A stretch of 64,000 nucleotides of DNA from Felis catus (Eukaryota). The notes beneath the pieces are model-generated. The model ran no database searches. It was given only the letters and a program-made list of their open reading frames with translations, and was not told the DNA's origin. This document shows, piece by piece, positions 35,447-49,063 of this stretch. The stretch spans positions 172,920,001-172,984,000 of the forward strand of contig NC_058368.1 of the NCBI RefSeq assembly GCF_018350175.1, read 5' to 3'. The first letter of the stretch is position 1. Each line of letters opens with the position of its first letter. The translations under genes were made by a program, and so were the position numbers.

Positions 35447-38400
35447 AGGAGTCTGGGTGGCTCAGTTTGGTAAGAATCTGACTCCAGCTCAGATCATGAT
35501 CTAACGGTTTAGGAGTTCAAGCCCCACATTGGACTCTCTGCTATCAGCACAGTGGCTGCTTCAGATCCCCTCTCTCTCTGCTCATTCCCAGCTCATGCTC
35601 TCTCTCAAAAATAAACATTTAAAAATAAATAAAAGACAAATGACCATAAAAAATAACTATAATTTAAAAACTACGTTGAGGGAGGGCACGCCTGGGTGGC
35701 TCAGTGGGTTGAGTGTCTGACTTTGGCTCAGGTCAGGATCTTGCAGTTCTTGAGTTCCAGCCCCAGTCAGTCTCTGTGCCAACAGCTCAGAGCCTGGAGC
35801 CTACATCAGATTCTTTGTCTCCCTCTCTTTCTGCTCCTCCCCCATTCGTGCTCTGTCTCTCCCTCTCAAAACATAAACGTTTAAAAAAAAGAAATTAAAA
35901 AAAAAAGAATTAACGCCAGGGTGCCTGAGTGGATCAGTTAAGCATCCAACTTTGGGTCAGGTCATGATATTGCAGTTCATGGGTTTGAGCCCTGCACTGG
36001 GCTCTCTGCTGTCAGCACAGTGGCCACTTTGGATCCTCCGTCCACTCCCCTTCTCTCTGCCTGTCCCTTGCTCTCTCTTCAAATAACTAAAAATAAAAAT
36101 AAAAATAAAAATAAAAATAAAAATAAAAATAAAAATAAAAATAAAAAAGAATTAATGCCAAAATTTCTCAAACTCTTCCAAAACACTGAGAATATTTCCA
36201 AATTCATTTTATGAAGTGAACATTACTCTAATGCCAAAGCCAGACAAATATACTTAAAAATTAAAAAAAGAAAAATTTAACCAATATTCCTTATGAACAT
36301 TGCTGCAAAAATTCTCACAAACATTAGCAAACTGAATTCAAAAGAGCACACTGAAAGGATTACACACCATGACCAAGTGGGATTCACCCCTGGGATAGAA
36401 GGATGGTTCAACATATTTTTAAAAAAAGTAATAAAGACATTAACAAAATGAACATCACATGACCATCTCAACTGATGCAGAAAGGGCTTGACAAAATCTA
36501 ACACCTTTTCTTCTTTTTTTTTTTTAAAGTAAGCTCTAGGCCGAACATGGGGCTTGAACTCATGACCTTGAGCGAGTCGGACACTCCTCCCAATACTTGT
36601 TCCTTAGAAAAACATTCAACATACTAGGTAGTCACATATGTAAATCCGTGTGGGGGCTGTGTGTGTGTGTGAGAGAGAGAAAATAGCATATATTTCATAT
36701 ATGAAAATACCATAACATGATATTCTATCATAGAAACTGAAAGCTTTTTCTCTAAGAGCAGGAACAAGGCTAGAATGACCACTCTTGCCACTTCTACTTA
36801 ACACAATACTGAAGTCCAAACAAGAGCAACTAGGCAAGAATTAGAAATAAAAAACATCCAAATTGGTAAGAAAACAGTAAAATGGTCTCTGTTCACAGGT
36901 GACATGATCTTACATGAAGAAAATACTAAAGATTCCACCAAAAAATAAAAAAAAATACCAGTTAAGAATAAACAATTGCATAAAGGTGCAGTATACAAAA
37001 ATCAACTTCTAAAATCAGTTGCATTTCTAAACACTAATAATGAACAATTCAAAAAGCAAATTAAGAAATCAATCCCATTTACAATAGCATGAAATAGAAT
37101 AAAATATTTATGAATAAATTTAACCAAGGACATGAAAAACGTATGCACAGATGATTACAAACACTGCTGAAATTAAAGACAAATGGAAAGATTCCCACAT
37201 TCATGAACTGGGAGATTTAATATTGTCAAAATGTTCATACTACCCAAGAGTGATCTTCAGACTAACTGCAATTGCTACCAAAACCCCAAAGGCATTTTTT
37301 GCAAAAACAGAAAATAAAATCCGAAAATGCACATGGAATCTTAAAGGACCCCATAATAGCCAACAATTATGGAAAAGAACAAACACATCCTGTTTTCTAA
37401 ATATATTACAAAGCTACATTACAATATGATATTCCCATAAAAACAGACATATAGATGACTGGAACAGAAAGGAGAGCACAGAAATAAACCCTTTGGTGTA
37501 AGGTCAAATTCTTTTTGGCCAGTATATTAAGACTACACAACGAGGAAAGGATAGTCTCATCAATAAATGGTGCTGGGAGGGGCGCCTGGGTGGCTCAGTC
37601 GGTTAAGCGTCCCACTGGGGCTCAGGTCATGATCTCACGGTTCGTGAGTTCGAGCCCCGCGTCGGGCTCTGTGCTGACAGCTCAGAGCCTGGAACCTGTT
37701 TCAGATTCTGTGTCTCCCTCTCTCTCTGACCTCCCCCATTCATGCTCTGTCTCTCTCTGTCTCAAAAGTACATAAACGTTAAAAAAAAATAAATGGTGCT
37801 GGGAAAAGTGGGTATTCACATGCAAAAAAGAAAGATGGATCTTTATCATGCATTACATACAAAAATTAACTCAAAATTATATCAAAAACCTAAATCTAAG
37901 ATCTGAAACTATGAAACTCCAGAAGAAAAGGAAATAGATTCAATTCATAAATGAAATGAGCAATTTTTTCTTTGATAGGACATCAAAAGCACAGACAACA
38001 AAACCAAAAACAGACAAATTTGACTACATGAAACTTTTTCTACAATTTTCTGCACAGCAAAGGAAACAACTAACACAATGGAAATACAACCTACAAAATG
38101 AAAGAAAATATTTGCAAACCATATATCAAATAAGGGGTGATCACCCAGATTAAACAAATCAGTTAACAAAAGAACCCAACTCAAAAATGGGCAATGGACT
38201 TGGAGAGACATTTCTTCAAAGATATACAAATAGCCAATAAGCATATGAAAAGATGCTCAGTATCACTAATCAAGGAGATGCAAATCAAAACTAGGAGACA
38301 TCAACTTACCCCTGCTAGGATGGCCACCATTAAAAAATAAGTAACAAGTACTGAGGATGTGAGGAAATTGGGACACTAGTGCACTGTGCACTGTTGGTAG

Positions 38401-39030
38401 GATTATAATATGGTACAGCCACTATGGAAAACAGTATAGTTTCCTCAAAATATTAAAAATAGAATTCTATAATCCGTTCCAATTCTGGCATGTATTTAAA
38501 AGAATTGAAAATGTGATCTCAAAGAGATATGTATTTGCACATCCATGTTCAATGCAGCCTTATTCATGACAGTCAAGTTATGGAAGAACTTAAATGTCCA
38601 ATCTCAAATGTCCACTGATAGATGAATAGATTAAAAAAATACATGTTATGTACATACAATGAACTATTATTCAGCCTCAATAAAGATGGGAATCATGTCA
38701 TGTGCTAGATTATGAATGAATCTTGAAGACATTATGCTAAGTGAAATAATCCAATCTCAAAAAGACAAATACTACATGATTCCATTTATAGGAGGTATCT
38801 AAAGTAATCCAACTCCTAAAAACAGAAAGAGAATAGTGGTTGCCAGGGGATGGGGGAAAAAGGGGAAAAACGGGGAGTTGCTGTTCAAGGAGTATAGCTT
38901 CAGACATGAAAGATGAAAAAGTTCTAGAGATCTGTTGTACAACAATGTGCATACACTTAATACTGTAATGTATATATGGCACTTGTTCAAAAGTTAAATC
39001 TATGTATTTTTTACAATAATAATAACCCAT
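34440..39030 (+). mobile_element. Stack of old LINE-1 ORF2/3'UTR fragments (at least two copies) with nested SINEs and microsatellites
   Basis: The RT-region sequence occurs twice (about 34620-35000 and 36720-37100), then ORF2 C-terminus and 3'UTR to about 39020. SINEs at about 35447, 35684, 35918, 36510 and 37579-37787 (TSD AATAAATGGTGCTGGGA). Confidence 0.82.
35390..35443. repeat. (TA)n microsatellite
   Basis: About 26 TA units. Confidence 0.95.
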
Positions 39031-39107
39031 TACTACATTTTAACCAAAAGAACCAAACACCAAAGTACCACATATTGTATGATTCTATTGACATGAAATG
39101 CACAGAA

Positions 39108-42100
39108 GAAACAATGGCCTTGAATGATAACTGGATCAGATGAACTTGACAGATATATTCAGAACTTTTCATCCAAAAACAGCAGAATATACATTCTTCT
39201 CAAGTGCACATGGAACATTCTCCAAGACACAGGTATAAATGTCTATGCACAAAATTCAGGAACACTGAAATATATAAAACAATCACAAACATAAACAATC
39301 TTATTGGTAATAATGTGGTACTTGCAGGGGACTTTAATACTCCACTTACAACAATGGACAGATCATCTAGACAGAAAATCAGTAAAGAAACAATGGCCCT
39401 AAATGATACACTGGGCCAGATGGACTTGACAGATATATTTAGTATTTTCTTCCTAAAGCATCAGAATACACATTCTTCTCCAGTGTACATGGAACATTCT
39501 CCAAGATACATCACATACTGGGTCACAAAGCAGCCCTCAATAAATATAAAAGAATTAAGATCATACCATGCATATTTTCAGATCACAATGCCATGAAACT
39601 TGAAATCAACCACAAGAAAAAATTTGGAAAGCCTCCAAATGCATGGAGGTTAAAGAACATCCTACTAAAGAATGAAGGGTCAAACAGGCAATTAAAGAAG
39701 AAATTTAAAAATATATGGAAGCAAATGAAAATGAAAACACAACAGTCCAAACACTTTGGGATGCAGCAAAGGCAGTCCTAAGGGGAAAATACATTGCAAT
39801 CCAGGACTAACTCAAGAAACAAGAAAAATCCCAAATACAAAACCTAATCGCACACCTAAAGGAAATAGAAGTAGAACACAAAGAAACCCCAAAGCCAGCA
39901 GGAGAGAAATAATAAAGATTACAGCAGCAATAAACAATACAGAATCAAAAAACAAAACAACCACACACACACAAGAAAACAAACAGTAGAACAGATCAAT
40001 GAATCTAAGAGCTGGTTTTTTGAAAAAAATAAACAAAACTGATAAACTCCTAGTCAGACTACTCAAAAAGATGACCCAAATAAATAAAATCACGAATAAA
40101 AGAGGAGAGATCACAACCAACACCACAGACATACAATCATTAGAAAATACTATGAAAAATTATATGCCAACAAACTGGACAACCTGGAAGAAATGGACAA
40201 CTTCCTAGATACCCACATACTACCAAAACTCAAACAGGAAGAAACAGAAACTCTGAACAGACCAGTAACCAGTGAAGAAATTGAATCAGTTATCAAGAAT
40301 CTCCCAACAAATAAGAGTCCTGGGCCAGATGCCTTCCCAGGGGAATTCTACCAGACATTTATTTTTTAAATTTTTTAACGTTTATTTATTTTTGAGACAG
40401 AGAGAGACAGAGCATGAATGGGGGAGGGTCAGAGAGAGAGGGAGACACAGAATCTGAAACAGGCTCCAAGCTCTCAGCTGTCAGCACAGAGCCCAACGCG
40501 GGGCTCGAACTCACAGACTGCGAGACCATGACCTGAGCCAAAGTCGGACGCTTAACTGACTAAGCCAACCAGGCGCCTCTCTACCAGACATTTAAAGCAG
40601 AGTTAATACCTATCCTTCCCAAGCTGTTCCAAAAAACAGAACTGGAAGGAACACTTCCGGAGTCATTCTATGGAGCTAGCATTACCTTGATTCCCAAAGC
40701 AGAGACCCCACTAAAAAGGAGAATTGCAGGCCAATATCCCTGACAAACATGGACGCAAAAATTCTCAACAAGATATTAGCAGACCAAATTCAACAGTATA
40801 TTAAAAGAATTATTCACCATGATTAAGTGGGATTCATTCCTGGGCTGCAGAGCTGTTTCAATATTTGCAAGTCAATCAATGTGATACATCACATTAATAG
40901 AAGAAACGATAAGAACCATATGATCCTGTCAATATATGCAGAAAAAGCCATTTGACAAAATACAGCATCCTTTCTTAATAAAAACCTTCAAGAAGTCAGG
41001 ATAGAAGGAACATACCTTAACATCATAAAAGCCATATATGAAAAGCCCACAGCTAATCTCATCCTCAACGGGGAGAAACTGAGAGCTTTGCCCCTGAGGT
41101 CAGGAACATGACAGGATGTCCACTCTCACCACTGTTGTTTAACATAGTGTTGGAAGTCCTAGACTTAGCAATCAGACAACAAAATGAAATAGGGCATCCA
41201 AATTGGCAAAGAAGAAGTCTAACTTTCACTTTTTGCAGATGACAGGATACTCTACATGGAAAACCCGAAAGACTCTACCAAAAAGCTGCTAGAACTGACA
41301 CATGAATTCAGCAAAGTCACAGGATACAAAAATCACTGTACAGAAATTGGTTGCATTTCTATACACCAACAATCAAGCAAAAGAAAGAGAAATCAAGAAA
41401 CCGATCCCATTTACAATTGCACCAAAACCATAAAATACCTAGGAATAAACCTAACTAAAGATAAAAAATCTGTATGCTGAAAACTATAGAAAACTTATGA
41501 AAGAAATTGAAAAAGACACAAAGAAATAGAAAAACATTCCATGGTTCATGAATTGGAAGAACAAATATTGTTAAAATCTCAATACTACCCAACGTAATCT
41601 ACACATTCAATGCAATCCCAAACAAAATTGCACCGGCATTCTTCTCAAAGCTAGAACAAACAATCCTAAAATTTATATGGAACCACAAAAGACCCTGAGA
41701 AGACAAAGTAATGTTGAAAAAGAAAATCAAAGCAGGAGGCATCATAATCCTGGACTTTAGCCTCTACTACAAAGCTGTAATCATCAAGAAAGTATGGTAC
41801 TGGCACAAAACCAAACACATATATACCAATGGAATAGAATAGAGAACCCAGAATTGGACCCACAAATGTATGGCCAACTAATGACAAAGCAGGAAAGAGT
41901 ATCCAGTGGAAAAAAGACAGTCTCTTTAGCAAATGGTGCTGGGAGAACTGGACAGCAACATGCAGAAGAATGAAACTGGACCACTTTCTTAAAGCATACA
42001 CAAAAATAAACTTAAAATGGATGAAAGACCTAAATGTGAGACAGGAAACCATCAAAACCCTAGAGGAGAAAACAGGCAACAACCTCTTTGACCTCAGTCA

Positions 42101-43273
42101 CAGGAACTTCCTACTCAACACGTCTCTGATGGCAAGGGAAATAAAAGCAAAAAGAATTACTGGGACCTCATCAAGATAAAAAGCTTCTGCAAAGGAAACA
42201 ATCAAGAAAACTAAAAGGCAACTGACGGAATGGGAGAAGATATTTGCAAATGACATATCAGATAAAGGGTTAGCATCCAAAATCTATAAAGAACTTATCA
42301 AACTCAGCACCTGAAAAACAAATAATTCAGTGAAGAAATGGGCTGAAGACATGAACAGACACTTTTCCAAAGAAGACATCCAGATGGCTAACAGACACAT
42401 GAAAAGAAGTTCAACATCGCTCACCATCAGAGAAATACAAATCAAAACCACACTGAGATACCACCTCACACTGGTAGAAGTGGCTAAAATGAACAACTCA
42501 GGAAACAACAGATGTTAGCGAGGATGTAGAGAAAGGGGAACCCTCTTGCACTGTTGGTGGGAATGCAAACTGGTGCAGCTGCTCTGGAAAACTGTGGAGT
42601 TTCCTCAAAAATTAAAAATAGAACTACCCTACGACCCAGCAATAGCACTACTAGGAATTTATCCAAAGGACACAGGAGTGCTGATTCATAGGGATACTTG
42701 TACCCCAATTTTATACCAGCACTTTCAACAATAGCCAAATCATGGAAAGAGCCCAAATGTCCATCAACTGATGAATGGATAAAGAAGATGTGGTTTATAC
42801 ATACAATGGAATACTATTTGACAATGAGAAAGAATGAAATCCTGCCATTTGCAACAACATGGATGGAACTGGAGAGTATTACGTAAAATGAAATCAGTCA
42901 GAGAAAGACAGGTATCATATGTTTTCACTCATATGTGGAACTTAAGAAGCTTAACAGAAGACTGAAGGGAAGGGGGAAAAATAGTTTCAAACAGAGAGGA
43001 AGGCAAACCCATGAGACTCTTAAATACAGAGAACAAATTGAGGGTTGATGAGGGGACAGGGGAGAGGGGAAAATGGGTGATGGGCATTGAAGAGGGCACT
43101 TGCTGAGATGAGAACTGGGTGTTGTACGTAAACGATGAATCACAGGAATGTACTCCCAAAACCAAGAGCACAATTTATACACTGTGTATTAGCTAACTTG
43201 ACAATAAATTATATTACAAAAATAAAAATAAAAAAATAACAGTCATCATCAAAGTTAAAAAAAAAAAAAAAAA
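39108..43273 (+). mobile_element. 5'-truncated carnivore/felid LINE-1 (dead ORF2 plus 3'UTR)
   Basis: ORF fragments with the endonuclease motif GDFNTPL, an RT FADD motif near 41232 and the C-terminal region. Many stops and frameshifts. Poly(A) tail. TSD GAAATGCACAGAA (39095-39107) / GAAATGTACAGAA (43274-43286). Confidence 0.95.
40362..40579 (-). mobile_element. Can-SINE nested in the L1
   Basis: Perfect 15-bp TSD TCTACCAGACATTTA. Confidence 0.95.
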
Positions 43274-44192
43274 GAAATGTACAGAACAGGCAAATCTACA
43301 GATTGGGGAGAAATGAAAGGAAATTAATAAAAGGTACAGTATTTATTTCTGGGTGATACAAATATTCCAAAACTGATTGTATTGACAACTGCACAAGTCT
43401 GTGAATATACTAAAAACCCCTGAAGTAAACTTTAAAATGATGAGATATCTCAAGGTATGTGAATTATATCTCAATAAAACTGTCAGAAAACAGAATCTAC
43501 TGTGATAAAACAACTTTGAGAATTTTATGTTTAAGGATAGTCAGTGTTATCTTCAATAACTATAGTGTATAATATTGCATATTAATATTTTAAAAGACCA
43601 TTTTTCTTCTGCTAAGGTTAAGATACCCTAGTACTTCAGTTTTCTTGTTGTTCTCAAATCTCATTACAGAAGGGAAGTTAAGACATCTTAAGGCCTTCGA
43701 GTAAGTACTACAGAATACTTTCTTTTTCCTAAAAGCACATGTCCCCTTCTGTCTACATAATATGTAGTAGACCTTCCTTAAATTGTAGTAAAGAAAGCCT
43801 ATCATTCAATAAAATGTATTCACTTTCTCTAAACTAACAACTATGTTTAAATTTTAGGCTCAGAGCCTCTCAATTACCTAAAATGCCAGACTGAGTCTCC
43901 AAAAGTTCATAGATTTAAAAAGACAGGAAATGTCTTTTTAAAGACATTTCTTTAGTCTAAAAGCAAAAAGAAAAAAAGAAAAAAAAAGAGCTCTGGTTAA
44001 TACATAATTTCTGAAAGTATATGGAAACCTGGTCGTAAAAATTCAGGACCTTCTATAAAAAGCCCTCCCTTCACTTCACATGATAAGTTTTTCTTCCCAA
44101 TCTACCCTTCCTCCTCTCATCAAAACAAACCACATTCAGGAGGGTAACATTACCACTTCCTCTAGCCCTTTATCATACTCATGAATCCTTAC

Positions 44193-46764
44193 CTGGTTCA
44201 GGGAGCTCAGGCTGGGGAGTCAAATTGGGAATTCCTGGCTCTTTTTCCATTTCCTCAATGCTGGCACTGGATTTATCACAAACATTCAACCGTGGCCCAA
44301 CTGAATCTAAGCAGCTAGCATGATTTGGATCTGCCAGGGCATCTTCTAGTATGTTTGTCGAAGTAGGGGGTCTATGCTCTGGGAACTCATCCCCCTTCTT
44401 TACCGGGTCAGCTGGAAGCAAAACCCCAAAGGCACCCTCAGAGTTTTCTTTCTCCCTAAATCTGTTAGTGCGCTTACGAGGTTTAGTGCGCCTTTGGTTT
44501 AAACGCTGCCACCGCTTTTTAGGCACCGCTTGATTTACACCATTGGGTTCATCATTCTCACTGTTCACTTCAGTATCCAACTCTGGGCCTTTTCTGTTTT
44601 CAAAAGAGGGGCCTTTTTCAGGAATTTTATCAGGGTTAGACTGGTTGACTTTGTCATCAAAATTAACACTGGAAAAATGGGCACTGTCTTCACTTGTTAA
44701 ATGACCCATTAACTGAAGGGGTTCTTCTTTACCAGGGTCTTCTAGTCCACCTCTTGAGCAGCCATTCTCTGAACCCCCACTTGGTCTGTCTCCCTGCAGT
44801 GCAGTCTCAAGAGTCACAGCTGGAAGTCGGTTCAGTTTTCTTTTGCGCTCTGTCTTTAAGGCTTTACGGTTTAATGTGTTCTTTCCCATCTGGGATGAAA
44901 AACTATCTCGCAATTTAGATGAAGGTTTTGATCGCCCACAGTTGCGCCTAGTAACACAGTTTGCACGACTTTTACCAGAAGCAGGGAGGTCTCTTCTGTC
45001 AGACACTAAGCTGGGGACAGATACAGACAACTCCCCAGACAGTGCAGAGTCACCCCCACTAGGGCTAGGACGGACTGGGTTCTGAGTGCCATCTCCATTT
45101 TTTTCTGAATTGTGAGTGGAGCTTCCTGAAACCAAGGCCTTAGAAGCAGCTACAGGACTACTGGTAGAACAGTCCCCAAGACCAGGACTCCGATAGGAAA
45201 CCAAGTTTTGAGCAGTCATTAAGCGTTGCTCCTTGGTCTTACTATCATGCATATCTTTCAACATCATTAATAATGTACTGAATTTGTAGTCTGGTTCAAT
45301 AGGTATATGATTCTGACCAGAGGCAGGAGAAAAGAGTAATGGTTTTGATGGCTTTGATGTTCCAGAGTCACTGACATCTTCACTTAAGGATCTATAAGAG
45401 AGTTCCTTCAACTCTGACAGAACGTGTTTCACCACTGCTGTTTCTATGTCATTTGAATCCCTGGTTTTCTCATGCATGTTGCTCAGTAGTTTTAGCCCAT
45501 CCACTTTCCCACTTTTGGAAATGCTGGCCAAAGGAGAGCCTTTAGTATCAGAAGAGCAGCATTTCAAACTGCAGTCCTCATTTGTAACTGAAGATTCCAC
45601 TACAACTGGATTTTCTTTATGTTTGCACTTTATACTTCGGATCTTGGGCTGTTTGCTTTTTGAATGTAACAGAGCTTGACTTGTAGCCCCACCTTTTATT
45701 AGGGAATTCTCACTGGAAATGCTTGATGGTGTGTTGAATTTTGGAGAGAAACCATCATTTCTAAACTCTGATTGGGGTTTGCGGATAAGAGTAGACACTT
45801 TAAGATCAGAGAGATTAACCTGAGATGTCTCAGTTCCAGGTTCTCCTGTCTTAGTACAATCCATTAAGTGGTCTGTATGTGAATTAGTAATGAGGGACTT
45901 CTGCTTTGCTTTTACCTTAGTGTTTGTGGCAGGATACCTAGTATACTTTACCTTTTCATTTTTCTGCACAGATAAAATGTTCTCTGTTCTATCAAAAGCA
46001 TCTGTAATTTCAAGGACACTGTTATCAGATTCTGAACTATGATCTATGGGATCCAGATCACTGCTTCCATCATCAGAAGTGGTACAGATACTAATGGAAT
46101 CACTGCGCTTTTCTTCATCACCTGCTCCAATATAACAGAGCTGTACTTTCGAACTACACACCAAACCTCTTTGGAGTTTTTTCTTTTCCCCAGAATGTTT
46201 AGAGATCAAGGCACCCTCAGACAAGCCCAGTAAAGAGTCACAATTTGAAGTCTCAAATTCTTTCTTTGCAGTGTTTTTTGCACAAGAAGAAAACAGGAAA
46301 TTTCCTGGGGCAGTGCTGGACCCTGTGAGGCTGTTTGCTATCCTGGAAAGTTCATTAGAGGCCTGCTTATCAGATACATCCCCAGAAATAAAGTTTAGGC
46401 CAAGGTTCTCTGGAATCTTTCCCCTTCGTTCTTCCTTATGTGCTTCAAATTGTATGTGGCCCTTTTTCATACTAGTCCTTTTTGGATTATCAGAACTCTT
46501 TCTGGCTCGAGACTTAGCACAAGGCTTTTCCTTCTCATCTGCAGAATGTTCTGAGTCAAAAGCCAGAGATTTCAAGCAGCCATTAAGTAACAGGTCATGT
46601 TCTGATTCAGGATCATTTGTACAGTCCTCAAATGGCATGTCCTCCTCACTGTCCAACTTGATTGAACTGGTGACACATCTTCGGTTCTTCGACCCTTTGG
46701 GAACATCATACTGTTCAGCAAGACCAACACTGGCTTCCCATTTACTCAAAATTTTCTGAGGAAC
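44193..46764 (-). CDS. NSD1: NSD1 exon 5 (2572 nt), large low-complexity internal exon
   Basis: Contains the 856-aa ORF. Acceptor TTTAAG|GTTCCT (VPQKILSKW...), donor CCAG|GTAAGG. Phase 0 in, phase 1 out, fitting both neighbours. Confidence 0.97.
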
Positions 46765-46889
46765 CTTAAATTTAAAGGAGAAAAAGATTGTAACTTATCA
46801 AAAAAAATGCGAAAGGGAACAGGGAGATTATCAGTGAAGACCTCTCAAATAAGCTTTTTCAAGCCTTATAATTTCTTCAAGGCACTTTT

Positions 46890-47095
46890 TGAAAAAAAAA
46901 TTTTTAATATTCATTTATGTATTTCGAGAGAGAAAGCAAGCAGGGGAAGGGCAAAGAGAGGGAGAGAGAGAGAATCACAAGCAGGGTCTGCGCTGCCAGT
47001 GCAGAGCCCAGTGCAGGGCTCAAACCCACTAACAGTGGGATCATATCTGACCCCAAATCAAGAGTCGGATGCTTAACCGACTGAGCCACCCAGGT
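46890..47095 (-). mobile_element. Can-SINE about 125 nt upstream of the exon 5 acceptor
   Basis: Reversed head (CGACTGAGCCACCCAGG). TSD-like TCAAGRCACTTTT. Confidence 0.88.
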
Positions 47096-48120
47096 GAATC
47101 AAGACACTTTTATGGTACTAGCCAGGTGGTTAGCACCCATTGCTCACCCAAAGCCTAACAAATGGGGGGACTCCTCAAAACTACTTCTACCATTAAGATC
47201 TATCGTTAGAGGAAAGATTAATCCTATACACCCTCCACTCTCCCATAAAATAAAGAATAAAAGAGTGGATCATTAACCAGGATTGCATTACTCATGCACA
47301 TGACATTACTAAATCAAGGAATAATCAGAATCTTCCTACCTACCCCTCCACACTTTAAAATAAGGATTTATTTTCTTCCTGACTTATGAAGGTCAAGCAC
47401 TTGCTCAGCTGTATAAAAGAAAAAGCAAAAGGCTAAAGAAGATGAACATGGAAAAACAAAGAAAGGTGAAATGAGGTCAGATCCACCCTAGGAACCCTAA
47501 ATTTGAACTTCTGGTTATCACTAAGCCCTTTTATTTCTGGTGATGTATCTGATTGTTCTACACATGTTACATAAAATCTGAATTATAACCAAGCAGTCTC
47601 CTAGGCTTAATCATGTAGCCCAGAGACAACAAAAAACCTTGGGTATTACAGATGTTCCTTTCTTGATTCCTCACAACATGGAGATACTGATGCTCCATGC
47701 AATACACCTATTTTTTCAAACATTTACTTACCTCCTTGGCTTTATACAAGAGATATTAGGCAAGGTTCCAGTTATCAGCTAACTATACTTTAATACTTGT
47801 AAAAGGGGTGTTTCACTGAGCATGTAAAAATTCAAGTCACTGGATAGGTAGCCTCCTCTTATAAAGCAATGAGCTGACCATCTAGTTTATTTTACACTCA
47901 AGTACACATTCATTAATTCTCATGACTGTGATAAGAATTAATCAACTTTCCAAAACCTGAAAGCCCTAGTGAACTATTTCACCTTCTAGGACTGACATAA
48001 AGGAATAGTAAAAGAAATAAACCAAATTTTATTCAGCCAACGTTAACACAAATCATCAAGCAAATGGAAAAAAACAATGCTCTTTATTAAAATATTACTG
48101 GGGAGTGGCGGGGGGGGGTG

Positions 48121-48640
48121 AGGGGGGACCCTGGGTAGCTCAAGTCGGTTAAGCATCGGACTTTGGCTAAGGTCATGATCTCATGGCTTGTGGGTTCGAG
48201 CCCCACAGTGGGCTCTCTACCGTCAGCACAGTGCCCGCTTCAGTTCCTCTGTCTCCCTCTGTCTATGCTCCTCCACTGCTTGCACTCTCCCTCTCTCGAA
48301 AATAAACAAACATTAAAAAATTAAAAAACAAGAAAACTGATTATGAAAATGCAACCTTAAGTGTCAACAACCACATACAAAAAACAAAAAACAGCATATG
48401 CAACACCATGGATGGAGCTACAGTGTAACGCTAAGTGAAATAAGTCAGTCAGAGAGACAAATCCCCTAAGATTTCACTCATGTGGAATTTAAGAAACAAA
48501 AGAGCAAAGGGGTAAAAAGAGAAAGAGAGACAAAAAGAAACAGACTCTTTAAACTATAGAGAACAAACTGATGGTTACCAAAAGGGAGGTGAGCTGGGGG
48601 ATGGATGAAATAGGTGATAGGGACTGAGGAGTACCAGGTG
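48121..48640 (+). mobile_element. Can-SINE (about 48121-48330) followed by a carnivore L1 3' fragment (about 48395-48640)
   Basis: SINE head and tail, then GCTAAGTGAAATAAGTCAGTCAGAGAGACAAAT...CTATAGAGAACAAACTGATGGTTACC. Confidence 0.8.
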
Positions 48641-49063
48641 ACTAAACAAAAACAAATAAACCCAAGACAACAAAGAAAAATGTTTGCAGCTTTACATTTC
48701 TCATTTTAAAGAGAAATAATTAATCCAGAGAGTGAGAAGTAGAGTATTTCATCTCAATGACCATGTTCTTCTTACAAAAGATATGACCAAAGAAGACTGG
48801 TCATGTTATTTTATACTGTCACATCTAAGTGACATGGTAACAGTTATCTGAAATCCTTTCTCAAAAAAATGAAGTATAAATATTTGGAAGGCTAGCCCTA
48901 TTTCATGCCTGCAAAAATTATTGCTTTCAGCTATTTTCTCACAAATATCCGATTACCAAAGGAAAGAACTTATATTTCAAAATATAATACTTCTTCCTTG
49001 CCTTCTCCCTGCTCACCACAAAAAAGACAGTTTGAGAGGCTTTTTTTTTTTTTTTTTTTTTAC

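Noticed and set aside
39204..42886. L1 ORF2 fragments as an active reverse transcriptase system
   Set aside because: 5'-truncated, no ORF1 or promoter, many stops and frameshifts, and a SINE insertion. It is a dead copy.
46271..46759. 162-aa plus-strand ORF and other plus-strand ORFs over exon 5
   Set aside because: Antisense shadows of the NSD1 coding exon, with no independent gene signals.
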